Below, one piece after another: positions 27,336 through 40,207 of a stretch of DNA of 64,000 nt. The notes below the pieces were generated by a model. The model was given only the letters and a program-made list of their open reading frames with translations. It searched no databases and was not told where the DNA came from. Every line of letters starts with the position of its first letter. Position 1 is the first letter of the stretch. The DNA is from Octopus sinensis (taxonomy: Eukaryota): the NCBI RefSeq assembly GCF_006345805.1, contig NC_043003.1:16554001-16618000 (forward strand), in the 5' to 3' direction. The position numbers and the translations under genes are program-made.

Positions 27336-27811
27336 AGTCTTTGTTTGGACATCTCTCTAGAAGGGATTGCCGAAATAACACCCGTCTTATTTCGAAGCTT
27401 GTTATCTTACTCTTGCTTGCTTTTGGATTATTGTCTTTGTAGATGGGAGTCTTAACCGTGTTGTGCAAGCTATTATTGATTTCAAAACTTTCAGCAAGAG
27501 CGTTGCTAGCAGCCATTGTCTTTAATATATAGGACAAGATAATTTGCCACTGATAGTCATACTCGTCTACGACTTGACAGCCACCATGTATGTATATGTG
27601 TGTGTGATTGTGTGTGTGTTTGTGTGTGTGTATATAAAACAAAGTTATTTTATTCCACACGGGTAGTAATATAGGAAAAATAGAAGTTGAAAATGCACTG
27701 AGAATAGTTAAAATATTTTTCATTAATATATTTAAAGCTTTAACCCGTTTCACAGTTTACACTGATTTTTCAAAAAGTTCAAATAGAAGTACGTGGCTTA
27801 TATCGCAGCTG

Positions 27812-27992
27812 TCTTGTTTCTGACTAGTGTTTGAAACTTGCCCTATTTTTTATAGGGAGTTCATGGCTCAAAGTGCATATTTTGAATAGGATTCGATTGG
27901 TACCAATTTAATCCTATTCAAAACATATACTAATTTGAGCCATGAACTCCCTATAAAGATAGGGCAAACTTCAGACATTTATCAGAAGCACA
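27812..27992. repeat. Palindromic foldback centred on attggtaccaat (27897-27908)
   Basis: Near-perfect arms ttgccctat..gagttcatggctcaaa..ttttgaataggatt paired with their reverse complement. Confidence 0.85.
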
Positions 27993-28788
27993 ATTAAATC
28001 CCATTCAAAACATATACTAATTTGAACTAAGGCGGCGAGTTGGCAGAATCGTTTGCATGCCGGGCGAAAAGCGTAGCCGTATTTCGTCTGTCGTTACGTT
28101 CTGAGTTCAAATTCCGCCGAGGTCGACTTTGCCTTTCATCCTTTCGGGGTCGATTAAATAAGTACCAGTTGCGTATATATATATATATATTATATATTAT
28201 ATATATATATATATATATTACTATAATATAATATAATATAATATATATATATATATTATATAATATATGTGTGTGTCTGTATACACACACGAGGGTTTCT
28301 AAGAGATTTTGGCTGCTATTTCTATCAGCTTGAGCGAATATACAGAAGCACTATCGGCTTCTAGTAGTAGATTTATAATCTATAACGGTGATGGTCCGGA
28401 TACGTAGATTTTGAAGCGGAAAAAGCTGACAGTCATAACTCTGATGTGATTCTTGTTGAAGTTGTTTGTACTTTTAATATTGATTGCACATCAAAAGTTG
28501 TCCCTCTTCAGAATGTGTCATACTTATGTACCGAGACAGTGTCTAAACATAAAGTTGTTATTTCGTGTTTATTTTAGAATATGCCGAAGTCGGTTTTAAG
28601 ACGGGATTGGTTATTAAATATAAAAGTAGGTTTTCCTACTTATTTTTTAGCGTATGTCTATCTGAGAGCTGATGATAAGATAGAAACGAAGCGAATGCAT
28701 ACATTTATCCATGTATGTAGCTACGTATGTACGTAGGTTTGTACATTTTGTATACATACATACATACATACATACATACATACATACA

Positions 28789-28824
<36 letters not shown>

Positions 28825-28992
28825 TATATGCTTGTGTGTGTGAATATATATATATGTATGTGAATACATATATGTGTATGTGAATATATATATGTATGTG
28901 AATATATATATATATATGTATGTGAATATATATATATATATGTATGTGAATATATATATATATATGTATGTGAATATATATATATATGTATG

Positions 28993-29072
<80 letters not shown>

Positions 29073-29075
29073 CAT

Positions 29076-29466
29076 GGGTTAGCCATATTGAAATGGCAAA
29101 AATACGTCATGATGTGTTACCGCTCTGTATATAACTCACTTTGATATTTATCATTGTTTGATTTCACTTTTTCAATATCAGCGGCAGAGGACGCTGGAAA
29201 AGTATAAGTATTGTGAAGGAGGAAATCTAATTCTCGGCGACAACTATGATTGTCACACGCTGACGAGAGGTCAATACCTCGAAACTCGAGTCCGTGTGTA
29301 TCATAAGTTGAAGACGGGAAGGATGACTTCCCTTTGCAAATACTGACAGGACACAGATAGTGTGTCTATGGCCAGCTGGAGGAGTGTGTCCTCCTGGGGC
29401 TAAAAACTACAGTAGCATCCACCCTTAGGGGTTAGCCATATTGAAATGGCAAAAATACGTCATGAT
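29076..29466 (+). mobile_element. Retrozyme-like unit: 353-bp monomer plus 38-bp terminal redundancy, between (TA)n tracts
   Basis: gggttagccatattgaaatggcaaaaatacgtcatgat occurs at 29076-29113 and 29429-29466; the interior carries a canonical hammerhead and no long ORF. Confidence 0.7.
29241..29310 (+). ncRNA. Type I hammerhead ribozyme, canonical and apparently intact
   Basis: cacacg-CTGACGA-gagg(tcaata)cctc-GAAA-ctcgag-TC-cgtgtg; palindromic stem III actcgagt; stem I extended by tatgat/atcata and caact/agttg; predicted cleavage after C29292. Confidence 0.92.
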
Positions 29467-29479
29467 ATATATATATATA

Positions 29480-29680
29480 TGCATATAGGGAGAGTTTACG
29501 AAAAAAGACAAAAGACGAAGACAGGTGGTGTACAAAACAAACATATGTATTAGTATAACGCTCAGGAATAGAAAAAGTCTTTTACGTTTCGAGCCTACAA
29601 TCTTCTTCATTAAGAGACATAGAAAAAACAAGGAGTGAAAAAAATGCGTGTAGTGGTTAACGATCTATCGTGGCGACTAG
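29480..29680 (-). mobile_element. PLE pseudo-LTR fragment with a decayed minimal hammerhead (about 29578-29617)
   Basis: Minus strand ATGAAGA-a-gatt(gtag)gctc-GAAA-cg-TA-aaagac; same layout as the 8075 motif. Confidence 0.55.
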
Positions 29681-29715
29681 TGCCGGACAAGGTCACTTTT
29701 ACAGTGACCGTTATG

Positions 29716-30072
29716 TATATGGTAAATGAAATAAAATCTCGAATAATCCATCTTCCGTAGTAAAGATTGTTTGCCAACATAACATGGCAGTCCTGGTTTA
29801 GGACGAATGTTGCTGTAATTTTGTTCCAGGAGAATCATTTCCAGCTGGCTGTAAGACACGATCTGTGTCCTTATAATTTCGAACAAAGGAATCTAGCACC
29901 CCCAACTCGATGTCTCCTGGGGCTAAATTACAGCAATATTCGTCCTGAACCAGGACTGCCCTGTTATGTTGGCAAACAATCTTTACTACAAAGTACTGTT
30001 GCTGAATATCTCTTGTTGCGAGATTTAAAAATAGTAATTTCCATTCCATCTTCCGTCTTTTATTTACCATAT
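29716..30072. repeat. Foldback element with near-perfect inner arms of about 65 bp
   Basis: 29757-29822 is the reverse complement of 29924-29988; weaker outer arms (atatggtaaa/tttaccatat). Confidence 0.85.
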
Positions 30073-30626
30073 GTGTGTGCGTGTGTGCGTGCGTGCGTGC
30101 GTGTGTGTGTATACGTATGTATGTATATATATTTATATATACGTGTATGTATGTATTTTGTGTGAGGCGTGCGTTTGCGTCTGTGTTTGTTGCTCATAAT
30201 TATGCATATCCAAATACGATTGTATTCACACATACATACGTATATAGAACAAATACGTATGTACGTATGCATATATGTGTATGTATATATGTATTTATAT
30301 ATGTATATATATAATATATATATAAATATTATATATATATATATATATATATATGCATGTATTTGTGTGTGTGTGAATACAGGTATGTGTGTGTATGCAT
30401 ACATGTGTGTGTGTGTGTAGGTGTATGTGTGTGTAATGACAGTTTGAGGCATTGAATTATTAATGTAAGCATATGTGAAGCATACACTCGCCCTTGCACC
30501 AACACACCTAATATACATACCTTTGCTTTAAGCACTTACATTTTCAACCAGCAATGTTGTCCTTTCTCTGTTTAATGATACCTACAAGCACTTCTGCACA
30601 AAAGCACACAATCACACACACACACA

Positions 30627-30660
<34 letters not shown>

Positions 30661-30715
30661 ATACACAAACGGCCACAGATGCACATACATATTCATTTAT
30701 TCTTTTATTTGTTTT

Positions 30716-31315
<600 letters not shown>

Positions 31316-31357
31316 AATATATATATATAAGATAGTTAGACAGACAGACAGACAGAC

Positions 31358-31446
<89 letters not shown>

Positions 31447-31617
31447 TGTACTCTCACATATATATGCATATGTATGTATATTACACATTCATTATATATT
31501 GCTGCTTGCCCGAGGGCGTTTATACATCCATATCGGTTAATGGTTATTTTCAATACTTCTCTCGCTAGATTAAGTGTTCGTTTCTCTTTTTATTTTCTGC
31601 AATTTTATTTTTGGATC

Positions 31618-31655
<38 letters not shown>

Positions 31656-31922
31656 AATTTTCCTCCGTCTGGCTGTTTGTCTCTTTACAAAACGGAAAGT
31701 TGCATTATAGAACAGTCATTTTAACGAGATTTTATTATTCACTTATCGCCCGATGAGATACGTCTGCACCACCGGATACCCCTGAACCAGTTTTTGTGTG
31801 CTCCACAAGAGGAGTCGATGGTAGATGCGTCAAAAGAATTGTTATGATTAATAATATATTTTCGTATATTCGATCTTCTGTCTTTCATTTGTTATATATA
31901 TATACTATTCCCATATTCCCAT

Positions 31923-31965
<43 letters not shown>

Positions 31966-32774
31966 TAATATATTATATATTTTTGTATGTATTTTGTGTT
32001 ATGCGTATGAGAGTGCATATGTTTGGGGTGTGTATAAGTGTGTACTCATCTTTTTTATTATTTATTTGCATTCATGTATATGTGAACGAAATGACTGATA
32101 ATAAAGCTGACCGAGCGAGTATATATATTAAGCAAATGTATTTATTTGCGGAGGCGCGAACGTGAGTACATACTTAACACATGATTATTAATATCTCACA
32201 GTTTAAAACTGTCATTGTCGAGTGTGTTCTGTATCAACTGAAATGGTTTCATTAAACAACAAATCCTTTTGGCTGTCTAGATTATTTTCAATGTTGATTA
32301 ATTCTCATTTCAGTGTACCAGAAATGGTTATCATACAACATACATCGCTATATATTCTAATAGTACAACGAACCAGCGGAGAAGCATCTAAGAAATTGCT
32401 AGACTTGCTAGAAACAGTAGCCAAATCCCCTTTGTTGACATCTTACAGTGTCTTGAAATAAAGGACGTACATATTGGGTGAGGTAATCCGAGGGATGCAT
32501 TTCTGAAACATCTCAAAATTATTTGAACTCGAAACATAAGGACGGACGAAATGTCGCTAAATATTTTGTCCGGCGTGTTAACGATTCTACCAGCTAGCCG
32601 CCTTTTGAGTAAAAGTAATTATCAACCCCGAAAGAATGTAAGACAAAATTGACCCCGACATGATATCAATCCGAATCATAAAGTCTCAAAACTAATACCG
32701 CGCAGTATTCTACATAACACTGCAAAAGACTCCGTTAATTCACCGCCTTGTTGAACGCAATTTACCTTTCACTG

Positions 32775-33010
32775 AAGGCAGCGAGCTGGCAGAAACGGGC
32801 GAAATGCGTAGCGGTATTTCGTTTGGCGTTACGTTCTGAGTTCAAATTCCGCCGAGGTCGACTTTGCCTTTCATCCTTTCGGGGTCGATTAAATAAGGAC
32901 CAGTTACGCACCGGGGTCGATATAATCGACTTAATTCATGTGTCTGTCCTTGTTTGTCCTCTCTGTGTTTAGCCCCTTGTGGGTAGTAAAAAAATAAGTA
33001 TTTCGTCTGT
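32775..33010 (+). mobile_element. SINE family A
   Basis: A and B boxes plus family A body. Confidence 0.9.
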
Positions 33011-33043
33011 GTGAGTTGTTGCCGAGGTTCTTAGCCAGGAGAA

Positions 33044-34373
33044 ATGGCGAGGAAGAATATTTACTCGGACCTCAGTGAGTCGGATTTGTCACCCTCTGAG
33101 GAGGAGTTGGCAAGGGTGGTCAGTAGGCTGGACAAGGTGTTGGAAGGAAGAGCAACATACGCAGGAGCAATGAAACCAACTAGAAAAGTGGTAGACCTGT
33201 CCAAGTTACCGGGTTGTCAAAAAATGGTGAAGAAAGTATGCGGAGACGCCGAGTTGTCACCGCCAAGGAAAATCATAAAAAGTTTAGAGAGGAAAACAAT
33301 AATCTACAGAGTGTTCACCACAGAAAAAAGAAAGTAGATTTGGTTGGTATTCAAACAGTGGAGGAGGCATTAAGAACGACAGCGGAAGAGATAATATTCC
33401 CCACAAGAGGGAAGAAGTACGGCACTGTGGTTGTACAGTTCGAGTCAGAAGAGACTGCTAGGAGGATGGCTGCAAGGACTATTAAAACGGATAAAGTATT
33501 CCTTCTACCCTCGTATCTGGGAAGGAAAACAACCAGGATCAGTGTGGAAGGAATACCACCAGACGTAGAGGCGGAGTGGATTGTGGCAGCAATCCTCATT
33601 GATAATGAGGACAAAGTGGACATCCTTCAAACCACGATAGCGGACGAAGGGAGATGGAGAGGAGGAACCCTAGAGATGGGTATCCAAGCAGAAATAGAAG
33701 TACTGGAACGCTTGTCAGAAACAATTACAATGGGAGACATAAGCTTAAGAGTATGGGTGGATGGCAGAGCTCCTCGATGTTTCAAATGTGGCCTGAAAGG
33801 CCACATAAGAGCTAATTGCCCTCCACCAGGGAAGGAACCAATGAAGGAACCAGCAAAAGAAGTAGAAGAACCCCAGGAAGAACAGAAAGATGCAGAAGTG
33901 GAAAAAGAAAAAAATGGTCGAAGAAGAGGATCCAGCAGAATGGGAAACCACTGGAAAAAGGAAGAAAAGAAAAGAAAAAGAAAGAAGGCAAGCTATACTG
34001 AACCCCAAGGCGGCGAGCTGGCAGAAACATTAGCGCGCCGGGCGAAATGCTTAGCGGTATTTCATCTGTCGTTACGTTCCGAGTTCAAATTCCGCCGAGG
34101 TCGACTTTGCCTTTCATCCTTTCGGGGTCGATAAATAAAGTACCAGTTTCGCACTGGGGTCGATGTAATCGACTTAATCCCTTTGTCTGTCCTTGTTTGT
34201 CCCCTCTATGTTTAGCCCCTTGTGGTAGTAAAGAAAAAAAATATATATATCTATATATATATATAAATATACTGAACCCCAACCCACCCAAGCACCACCC
34301 ACACCCTTTTCGCCCCACCCTTGTCACTGTTGATGAGATTCTTGACTATTTCTGTACCGCTTTTGTCGCATAA
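33044..34373 (+). pseudogene. L1/Tx1-type ORF1 (RRM-like region plus CCHC zinc knuckle), frameshifted and interrupted by SINE A
   Basis: Overlapping ORFs 33044-33337 and 33214-34134; GTVVVQFESEE and TRISVEGIPPDV RRM-like motifs; LRVWVDGRAPRCFKCGLKGHIRANCP knuckle followed by an acidic/basic tail. Confidence 0.8.
34009..34267 (+). mobile_element. SINE family A with a perfect 15-bp TSD
   Basis: tatactgaaccccaa at 33994-34008 and 34268-34282. Confidence 0.92.
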
Positions 34374-34909
34374 AATTTAAAACAAAATTGGGGTTCAGAA
34401 AACATCTCCGGGCTCATGGTAGAAACCTGACATATTTGACATGACTAATAATTAAGACCTCATACTCGAAATTGAGTTGATGGATACTTCATTGTATGCA
34501 AACAATATAATTCTATGGAAGCTTAGTTAAAACAATATTAAAACAATATGTTCTAACTGATCTTAATTGTTAATCTATTTAGGCATAATTTATAATTGCT
34601 AGTATTTTACGAGTAATAAATATAATATTGTGTAAACAGTCATTAATCATAGTGATTAAAGATCGGAGCTCGGATTAGTTTGAATAGAAGTCGTTAAATT
34701 TCTCTTGGATTCTTTTGCGACATATGACAAGCACTAGTATGGCATAGGCGTAGACAAGGCACAGATTAAGGAGATCGCTTTGCAACCACAAGGTTTCAGG
34801 TTCGGTTCCGCGCTGTGTATCATCTTGGGTAAGTGTCTTCTACTTTAGCTTTAGGCTGACCAATGCTTTGCGAGTGAATTTGGTGGACGGAAACTGTGTG
34901 AAAACTCAT

Positions 34910-34942
<33 letters not shown>

Positions 34943-35469
34943 TGTGTGTGTGTGTGTGTGCATGTATGTCATTGTCCTTGTGTACTCCATAGCTTGAAAA
35001 ACCGGTGTTGTTTTGTTTACGTCCTTGTAACTTAGCGGTTCGGCAAAAACTTCAAGAGAATAAGTACCAGATTTAAAAGCTGAGGACTGAGGGTCGGTTT
35101 ATTCGTCAAGGCAGTTCTCCAGAATGGTCACAATCCAAGGAATGGAATAAGTGAAAGTTAAAAGACCAATCCAATCTATGGTAGAAAATGGTGCGACAAG
35201 AAAACGTATGCACACGTACATACACTATTACCTAAATACTGGTTTCACATTTTGGCACAAGGCCAGTAATTTCGAGAAGGGGTTTAGTCGATTACATCGG
35301 CCCCAATACTCAATTGGTACTTATTTTACTTTATCGAACCCCAAAAGTATGGAAACCAAAGTCGACTTCAGAACGTAAAAATCCATAAGAAATGGAGCGA
35401 AGCATTTTGACCGGCATGCCAACGATCCTGCCAGCTCGATACTTCTCACTTCAGCATTACAATTATAAA

Positions 35470-36149
35470 GGAATCTTTACCTTTTGACCGACAGATTTAT
35501 AAAATAATTTTTTGTAACTAAACACTTTCAAACTTCGTATATTGGTAGAATGTGTCATATAAAACATCTTTTATTCTTAGCGTTTTTGAGAAAAACTTAT
35601 ATTTATGAAGTTATTTCACGTTAAAGTTGTAGTATTTCGGTAATTTCAACCAATCAATGACGTGTATTCAGCTGAATAAAATTACTATCGTTGTTTGTCA
35701 ACAACAACTATCGGCGGTGTATATTTCGTTTGTCACTGTTATTTATGATATCGTCCATGCGTTTTTACTGGTTTAATGGTTTTAGGGTTAGGGTTTTAGG
35801 TTTAGGGTTAAGGTTTTAGGGTTAGGGTTTTAGGTTTAGGGTTAAGGTTTTAGGGTTAGGGTTAGGGTTGTCATAAATAACAGTGACAAACGAAATATAC
35901 ACCTCCAGAAGTTCTTGTTGACAAACAACAGCAGTAATTTTATTCAGCTGAATACACGTCATTGATTGGTTGAAATTACCGAAATAGGAGAAATTTAACG
36001 TGAAATATCTTCGTAAATATAAGTTTTTCTCAAAAATGCTCAGAGTAAAAGGTGTTTTATATAACACATTCTACCAGTGTCCGAAGTTTGAAAGTGTTTA
36101 GTTACAAAATATCATTTTCTAAAATCTGTCGGTCAAAAGGTAAAGATCC
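35470..36149. mobile_element. Long-TIR foldback element with a central TTAGGG-like array
   Basis: Inverted arms of about 280 bp beginning gg(a)atctttaccttttgaccgacag; centre 35782-35869 is (ttagggttagggttttagg..)n. Confidence 0.85.
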
Positions 36150-37174
36150 AGACTGTGTAACATCGAACTAACTACACTTTCATGCACAATTTGAATACTT
36201 TCATGGATGAAAAGCTAAATAATTTCAATATGTAGGTTTATATTTTAAATTTAAATCAGTAATTTACACACTCATATTTTACCTTTAGATTTCTACCATT
36301 TTGAGTAAAAACCTAAAAAGAAAACCAAAATGAAGACACAACCTTTTAATCTTTTAAACGAATATATTTTATGCTTTTTTTTATCACATTTCTATATTGT
36401 ATACGAACTAAATTTTATTCTTTCGTTACATCGTTCTTTTCGGTTATTATCTCACATGCAATCTGAGTTATCTGCTTAATTACACACCTAAGAATTAACA
36501 TTTTAGGAATTAACGTTCTCAATCTGATACGGTATTTAAGCCATCACAATCATTTAGATGATACCCTTCTTTTCTTTTGCTTTGTTTTTTTATTTATTTT
36601 ATCTATCTATTTTCATTTTTTTTTAATGCTTTTATGGAAATAAATAAACTTACCTACGTCACTTTAACAGCGTCGATGTTTCTCTCGTGGAAGATAGAAA
36701 GAAAAAAGGTCAAAGCAACTGAGTGTTATTTACTTTACATTGTTACATATCCCTTGATTCCGAGTTCAAATACTAACGATTCCACTTTGCCTTTCATCTT
36801 TCCATCGTCATTAAAATTATTTGTAATTGAAGCACAAGAAGATAGAATCGTTAGTGCGTCGGACAAAGTGCTTAGTGGTATTTCTTCCGACTGTTTACTT
36901 TCTGTCTTTAAATACCGCCATGGTCGACTTAACCTTTTATTTTTTGGCGGGTTGATAAAATAAGTAGGAGTCAAATACTGGAGTCAATGTAATCCCCTAA
37001 AATGTTTGGCTTTTACCAAAATTTGAAACCAATATAAGCTCAAGAGAAGGCGGAGAGTTGGTAGAATCATTAGCACACGGGTCAATATTCTTTGCGGTAT
37101 TCCTTTTGAGTTCAAATGCCACCGATGTTAACTTTACTTTTCATCTTTCCGAGTACGGCAAAATAAGTAATGTT

Positions 37175-37465
37175 ATTGTTGATTGTTCCTTCTCGAGCCA
37201 CGCCTGGCTCATTAGGGCCGGTTTCCCGGTTTCATTGGCATATAGGTTCCCCACCGGGACAGGATGCCGGTCGGTGCAGGTGAGCTACTAGATGCAGGAC
37301 GAAAGAGTGAGAGAAATTTGAGGTGAAAATTTCAGCAGAAGTTCACCATTACCTTCTGCCGGAGCCGCGTGGAGCTTCGATGTTTCGCTCATAAGCACAC
37401 ACACACCCGGTCTGAGATTCGAACCCGCGATCCCTCGACCGCGAGTCCACTGCTCTAACCACTAG
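37175..37465 (-). mobile_element. SINE family E, tail type 2
   Basis: Same tRNA-like head as 16727; different tail ..gggaaaccggccc..gagccaggcgtggctcgagaagg(aac)n. Confidence 0.8.
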
Positions 37466-38050
37466 GCCACGTGCATCCACAAACTAAGTAATATTAGAGT
37501 TAAATTTGCCTTGCGTCCAAATTAGAAAGAATTAAAGTACCAAGCCAACAATTTTTAAGGGGAATTAGTCGAAGCCTTCTACTGCGGTACTTAAACGATA
37601 CTTTGTTTTACCGACCCCGAAAAGATAAATGTGACTTCGGCATAATTTGAACACTGAACGTAAAGAGCCAGAAGAAATGTCGCAAAGCAATTTATTCCTG
37701 TCGCACCAACGATTCTACCAGCTTACCGCTTTTCATTGGCTATTAAATTAAGTACTAGATATTGTTGTTGCTGTTTTTTGGTGCTGCTCTTTCTTATGTA
37801 GTTATATATCCCCAAATCATACCTGATTCAACAGATGTACAAAGGAATTCAGGCTATGTACACCTCGTCCATTTTCATTCTTTCAGGAAAACGATACCCA
37901 GTCTACATTATTCAGTGTGTACTTTTTACTCTTATGTTATGCATAGAAGGGTTTTCGAATAATTGCGACTAATGCGCTGCACCATTTTCCTTCCTTCAAC
38001 AATTAACTAAGAAAATGGATATGATGCTAGCTGTAGATAATTACTCGACA

Positions 38051-38453
38051 AGTGGCTGTGTGGTAAGTAGCTTGCTTACCAGCCACATGGTTCCGGGTTC
38101 AGTCCCACTGCGTGGCACCTCGAGCAAGTGTCTTCTACTATAGCCTCGAGCCGACCAAAGCCTGGTGAGTGGATTTGGTAGACGGAAACTGAAAGAAGCC
38201 TGTCGCTGTCGTATATATGTATATATATATATATATATGTGTGTGTGTATTTGTGTGTCTGTGATTGGCCCCCACCGACATACATTGACAACCGAAGTTG
38301 GTGTGTTTACGTCCCCGTAACGTAGCAGTTCGGAAAAAGAAACCGATAGAATAAGTACTAGGTTTATAAAGAATAAGTCCTGGGGTCGATTTCCTCGACT
38401 AAAGGCAGTGCTCCAGTATGGCCGCAGTCAAATGACTGAAACAAGTAAAAGAG
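38051..38453 (+). mobile_element. SINE family C, full length
   Basis: A box tggctgtgtggtaag, B box gggttcagtccc, internal (TA)(TG) tract, tail ending aagtaaaagag. Confidence 0.9.
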
Positions 38454-39076
38454 ATGCTTTGGTCTATTTAGATATCTCTCTCTCTCTCTCTCTCTCTCTT
38501 CAGATATATCTCCCCATTCAGATACATCTCTTACTTTGTCTAAAGGGAAACAGTGTTCTTTGATGATGCAAAATAACAGCAGATAGATATTCGTGTTCAA
38601 ATCTGTCAGAATGTATTAAGAATGAATAGACACGCTATTGTGTCGCTATCTTTGCATTTCACTCATCTAACATCGAAGGAATAAGTATCAGTTAATATAC
38701 AGATATTATATCCGTCTGCGGAAGCACCGACAAATCTTATTGATAACTTATTTAACGTAAAAGAACCGAAGATTCATAAAAAATTCCTGGACTTCATAGA
38801 AAAATGTCTGGGGTTACGCACAAAACAGCTAGAATCCAGTCATGTTTCTATTCGTTCTTTAACGTTCAAGCAGATGCAAACTTGAATATCTGATAGCTGA
38901 TGGATTTTCGTCATCGGAGAACACTAGATACATTATTATTTGGATTATCTTTGTTCTGTATGCACTCCACAAATAATCATCTGTTTGGCAGACATCAGCA
39001 TTCACTGGAAAATAATTTGTTTGTTGATTCATATAAACAAAAGCTCGTGCTCTTGTGAGATTCTTTGGTCCGGCGG

Positions 39077-39137
39077 GGTAGCTTCGAGTGACGAGACACG
39101 CCACGAGGTCGAAACATTGCGGTGTCTCTAGGATGCC
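39077..39137 (+). ncRNA. Decayed type I hammerhead in a PLE-like fragment (about 38590-39330)
   Basis: GTGACGA-gac(..)gtc-GAAA-cattgcggtg-TC-tctaggatgcc; stem III is a wobble-decayed 12-nt palindrome; stem I pairs at 9 of 11 positions; the core has a G3/G8 mismatch. Confidence 0.55.
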
Positions 39138-39341
39138 TTATACCGGTGAATCGTGTTACAAACACACATCATTTAAAGAGAGGTGTTTTCCGATGACGAA
39201 AAACACCCGCGATCAAGTATTCACGTTTGAACCGGCCAAAATGTATTAAGAATGGATACGCTATTGTCTAGATTCTCATCGTTCTGCATACTCTTTATGA
39301 ATTATCATGTTACTGTATTGCTCGATAAATCTCATATGATA

Positions 39342-39626
39342 ATTGTTGTTTGTTCTTTCTCGGGCCACGCCTGGCTCATAAGGACCGGTTTCCCGGTTTC
39401 CTTGGCGTATAGGTTCCCTACCGGTCCGTCGCAGGTGAGCTACAAGATGCAGGATGAAAGAGTGAAAGAAAGTTGTGGCAAAAGAGTCAGCAGAAGTTCG
39501 CCATTACCTTCTGCCGGAGCCGCGTGGAGCTTAGGTGTTTCGCTCATAAACACACACACACATCGCCCGGTCTGATATTCGAAACCGCGAGTCCGCTGCT
39601 CTAACCACCAGGCCATGTACCTCCAC
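39342..39626 (-). mobile_element. SINE family E, tail type 2
   Basis: Matches 37175-37465. Confidence 0.8.
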
Positions 39627-40207
39627 ATATGAAAATTAGATATTATTAATTTTGTTCTTTATCTTTTCTTCATTCATATAATACTGTTTCCTTGCAGTTT
39701 GAAGTGTTACTGTTTCATCTTGGAATATTCTGCCGGGTCACGAACGGAGAAACCAGAAGAAATGCCGATGTGCTAACTATTCTGCCAGCAAACCGCCTTT
39801 CGTCAGTTTTATAATAAGACTAAATCATGCTTACACTAGATTTATTAACAACGAGAAAGAGAAATGAATTTATGCCTAAATAACTAAATAAATAATTTAT
39901 AGACATAATCTACTTCCCATTTGTTGAAGCGTAAAACAAACTTGTTATTGAGTGCTATACAAAGTCAGTATTTCATGTTTGTGATGTTACGGTTTACAAT
40001 GCAAACATATGTATGAGGCTAATTGGGACAAGCATGGCTTTATGGTTAGGAATATCACTTAGAGACTATTTGGTTTCAGGTTCAATCCCACTGCGCGGTA
40101 TCTTGATGAAGTGTCTTTTACTGCCACCTTCCGTTGATCCAGTATTCTGAATAGAATCAGTGGCGTAACTAATAGAGGAGAAAGGAGAGCGACGCTATCC
40201 CTGAGTA

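Noticed and set aside
27915-27975. Hammerhead within the 27.9 kb palindrome (ccctat/ataggg hairpin)
   Set aside because: The flanking boxes (ATGAACT, CAAA/CAAG) do not fit even the variant cores.
29767-29990. GIY-YIG from the PCYVGKQ peptide seen on both strands
   Set aside because: The doubling reflects the inverted repeat; there is no first GIY/VVY motif and no downstream R/E residues.
35782-35869. True telomere or chromosome fusion scar
   Set aside because: A short degenerate array at the centre of a long-TIR element, repeated in a second family member; no head-to-head TTAGGG/CCCTAA junction.
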